A DNA stretch of 63,795 bases, filler included, from Choristocarpus tenellus KU-1152 (lineage: Eukaryota > Protista > Phaeophyceae), in NCBI GenBank assembly GCA_964200185.2. It is 12 parts of 12 records of this genome, joined end to end, with 100 filler letters (N's around TTAATTAATTAA, not from the genome) between each part and the next. Parts side by side here need not be neighbours in the genome. Positions count along the whole stretch, not along the records: positions 61,060 to 63,795 come from CAXNAD020025194.1; 11 more parts are not named here. One strand, given 5' to 3'. The notes below the pieces were generated by a model that saw only the letters and a list, made by a program, of their open reading frames with translations, did not search any database and was not told where the DNA came from. Of the stretch, positions 62,271 through 63,795 are shown one piece after another (positions within the stretch are counted from its first letter, which is position 1; every line of letters begins with the position of its first letter). Made by a program: the position numbers and the translations under genes.

Positions 62271-63457
62271 CTTTATTCTGTGGTCCCTCGTATCTGTAGA
62301 TATCATGAGCACATTCTCAGGCTTCATATCCCTGTGCACCACATCCTGGGAGTGACAGTACTGGATAGCATGCAGGATGTTTGACATGTATGTGATAGCA
62401 TCACTTTCATGGAAACTCCCAGCACTGACAACACGGTAGAAGAGTTCTCCACCTGTAACCTTCTCCATGACTAGATAGAAGTTTGCTTCATCCTCCCAGA
62501 AATCTCGGAACCTGAGCACAAAAATAATCTGAAAGTGAAAGGATGGGACTTTATGGTACATGTAGATGCTCTCTCCACAAGATTTGAACATCCGATCTGT
62601 TTCCGAATTGTCTCGGCCTTAACCCTAATGTTTATTATAGGGGTCTGAGAAGAAGAAGAACAAGCGTTTTTTATCACAGATTAACACCAAGTATTTATCT
62701 TGTACTCTCTTCATGTGGAGGGTTAACTTTCAGGTTGCGAACTTTGAATAGTAGTATACTCCATCTTCTCCTACTCCATTCTGGCCAAATAGGAGTGAAA
62801 TACCTTTTTTTTAGGGCTATGCTCTCCAACAACTACGCCTGTACTCTGAGATATGAGGCTGTGAAATTGTGTATTGGAGAGATTATGATGGTTACAGGCG
62901 CGAAGTATCTAGGGGGGGAGGGGCTGCTGTCCATTCGGGACCCATTTTTCCATGTCACGATTTTTGGATGATATGGTTGCATGTTTCAGATGGATATTGT
63001 AAGTACACTTCTCCTGTTCTGGACCTGAATGAACGCCCTGGTGTAGATCTCCCCCCCCCCCCCCAGATACTTCAAGTCACATTTTGGAGGAGGTTGATCT
63101 CTACACCAAATAATACCAGTAGCATCGGAAGTATCTCAGCTTTCAAAGTCTCTGTCAAGTCACAGATGTTTGTATCCATATATATACATGTAAATATCTC
63201 AGGTGTTGATCACGGATGAAGCACAAATCTCCAATCCAAGGGCGTGGTGATCAGAGTTTCATGGCACCTGCCAAAGTACAGGTACTACTGCAGACCACAT
63301 GTTTGATGGTAACTTGACACTCACTCAACTATACTAGGATGATGAAGTCTTCTCAAGATGTTGATCTCGTCCACAATGCTGATCATATCTTGTTCCTGGA
63401 GTGTCTCTCGCTTCATTACTTTAACTGCACACTCTTCCATACTCGTCTTGCACACAG
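62271..63457 (-). CDS. CAMK-group (CaMK1/CDPK-like) protein kinase, internal exons 63457-63325 and 62511-62271
   Basis: The in-phase join gives ECAVKVMKRETL...IVDEINILRRLHHPSIVE-FRDFWEDEANFYLVMEKVTGGELFYRVV...HAIQYCHSQDVVHRDMKPENVLM...IK, which covers kinase subdomains II-VIb. Confidence 0.93.
62897..63078 (+). mobile_element. MITE family A1, complete, in a kinase intron
   Basis: GGCGCGAAGTATCTAGGGG...CCCCAGATACTTCAAGTC, with TSD ACA/ACA. Confidence 0.9.
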
Positions 63458-63726
63458 CTTTTGACAGGGCACAAGCATAAGAGGATTCAAAGAGAATGTT
63501 TTTTGTGGATTCATGTAAGTAACCAGGTACTAATCTTTTGCAAATGAGAACTTCCTTGATTGCTTATCGATGGACTGAAGGTGAACGTCACAAAAGATGA
63601 AAAGTCGGAAAGGATTGGCTTGAGGCATGCATTTATGAGTGTTGCTGATCTTGTATGATTGCATGCACAAAACCTGCTCCATGAAGTACTTGTCAACCAC
63701 GGTATAGTCTACATTAGGGTTGTACT

Positions 63727-63795
63727 GGCTCAAAGTATCTGGGAGGGGGTGGCGGCTGTCCATTTGGGGTCAATTTTTTCATGTCGAGATTTTTG
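63727..63795 (+). mobile_element. MITE family A1, left end cut by the window edge
   Basis: GGCTCAAAGTATCTGGGAGGGGGTGGCGGCTGTCCATTTGGGGTC. Confidence 0.85.

Noticed and set aside
62036-62384. Hydrophobic Ile/Val/Thr-rich membrane-protein ORFs
   Set aside because: They are translations of a degenerate trinucleotide microsatellite and of the kinase exon antisense strand.

Overview
Eukaryotic, repeat-rich draft-assembly sequence with long GT-AG introns and scattered TTAGGG tracts. A brown alga or related stramenopile is plausible, but that is inference only. Eleven artificial 100-bp linkers (N44-TTAATTAATTAA-N44) cut the window into 12 contigs, so synteny across them is not evidence. Host genes are seen only in part: two PPR genes, a CaMKK-like kinase 5' end, a CAMK-group kinase, an AAAP/Avt-type amino-acid transporter, and possible exons of two unknown genes. 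One CpG-rich ORF carries a ParB/sulfiredoxin-like domain signature (R..L..I.KSI.EKG...LDGNHR) and is the most unexpected coding sequence. Most of the rest is transposon-derived: a decayed DIRS/Ngaro-type tyrosine-recombinase retroelement, CRE-like non-LTR 3' ends, a Ty3/Gypsy relic, a TIR-bounded plant-type mariner interrupted by two nested MITEs, a ~1.2-kb foldback element and a tRNA-derived SINE fragment. About 20 copies or fragments of three MITE families share G-x-x-x-(C/G)AAAGTA termini and make 3-bp or 4-bp target duplications. All calls were made by eye, without database searches.
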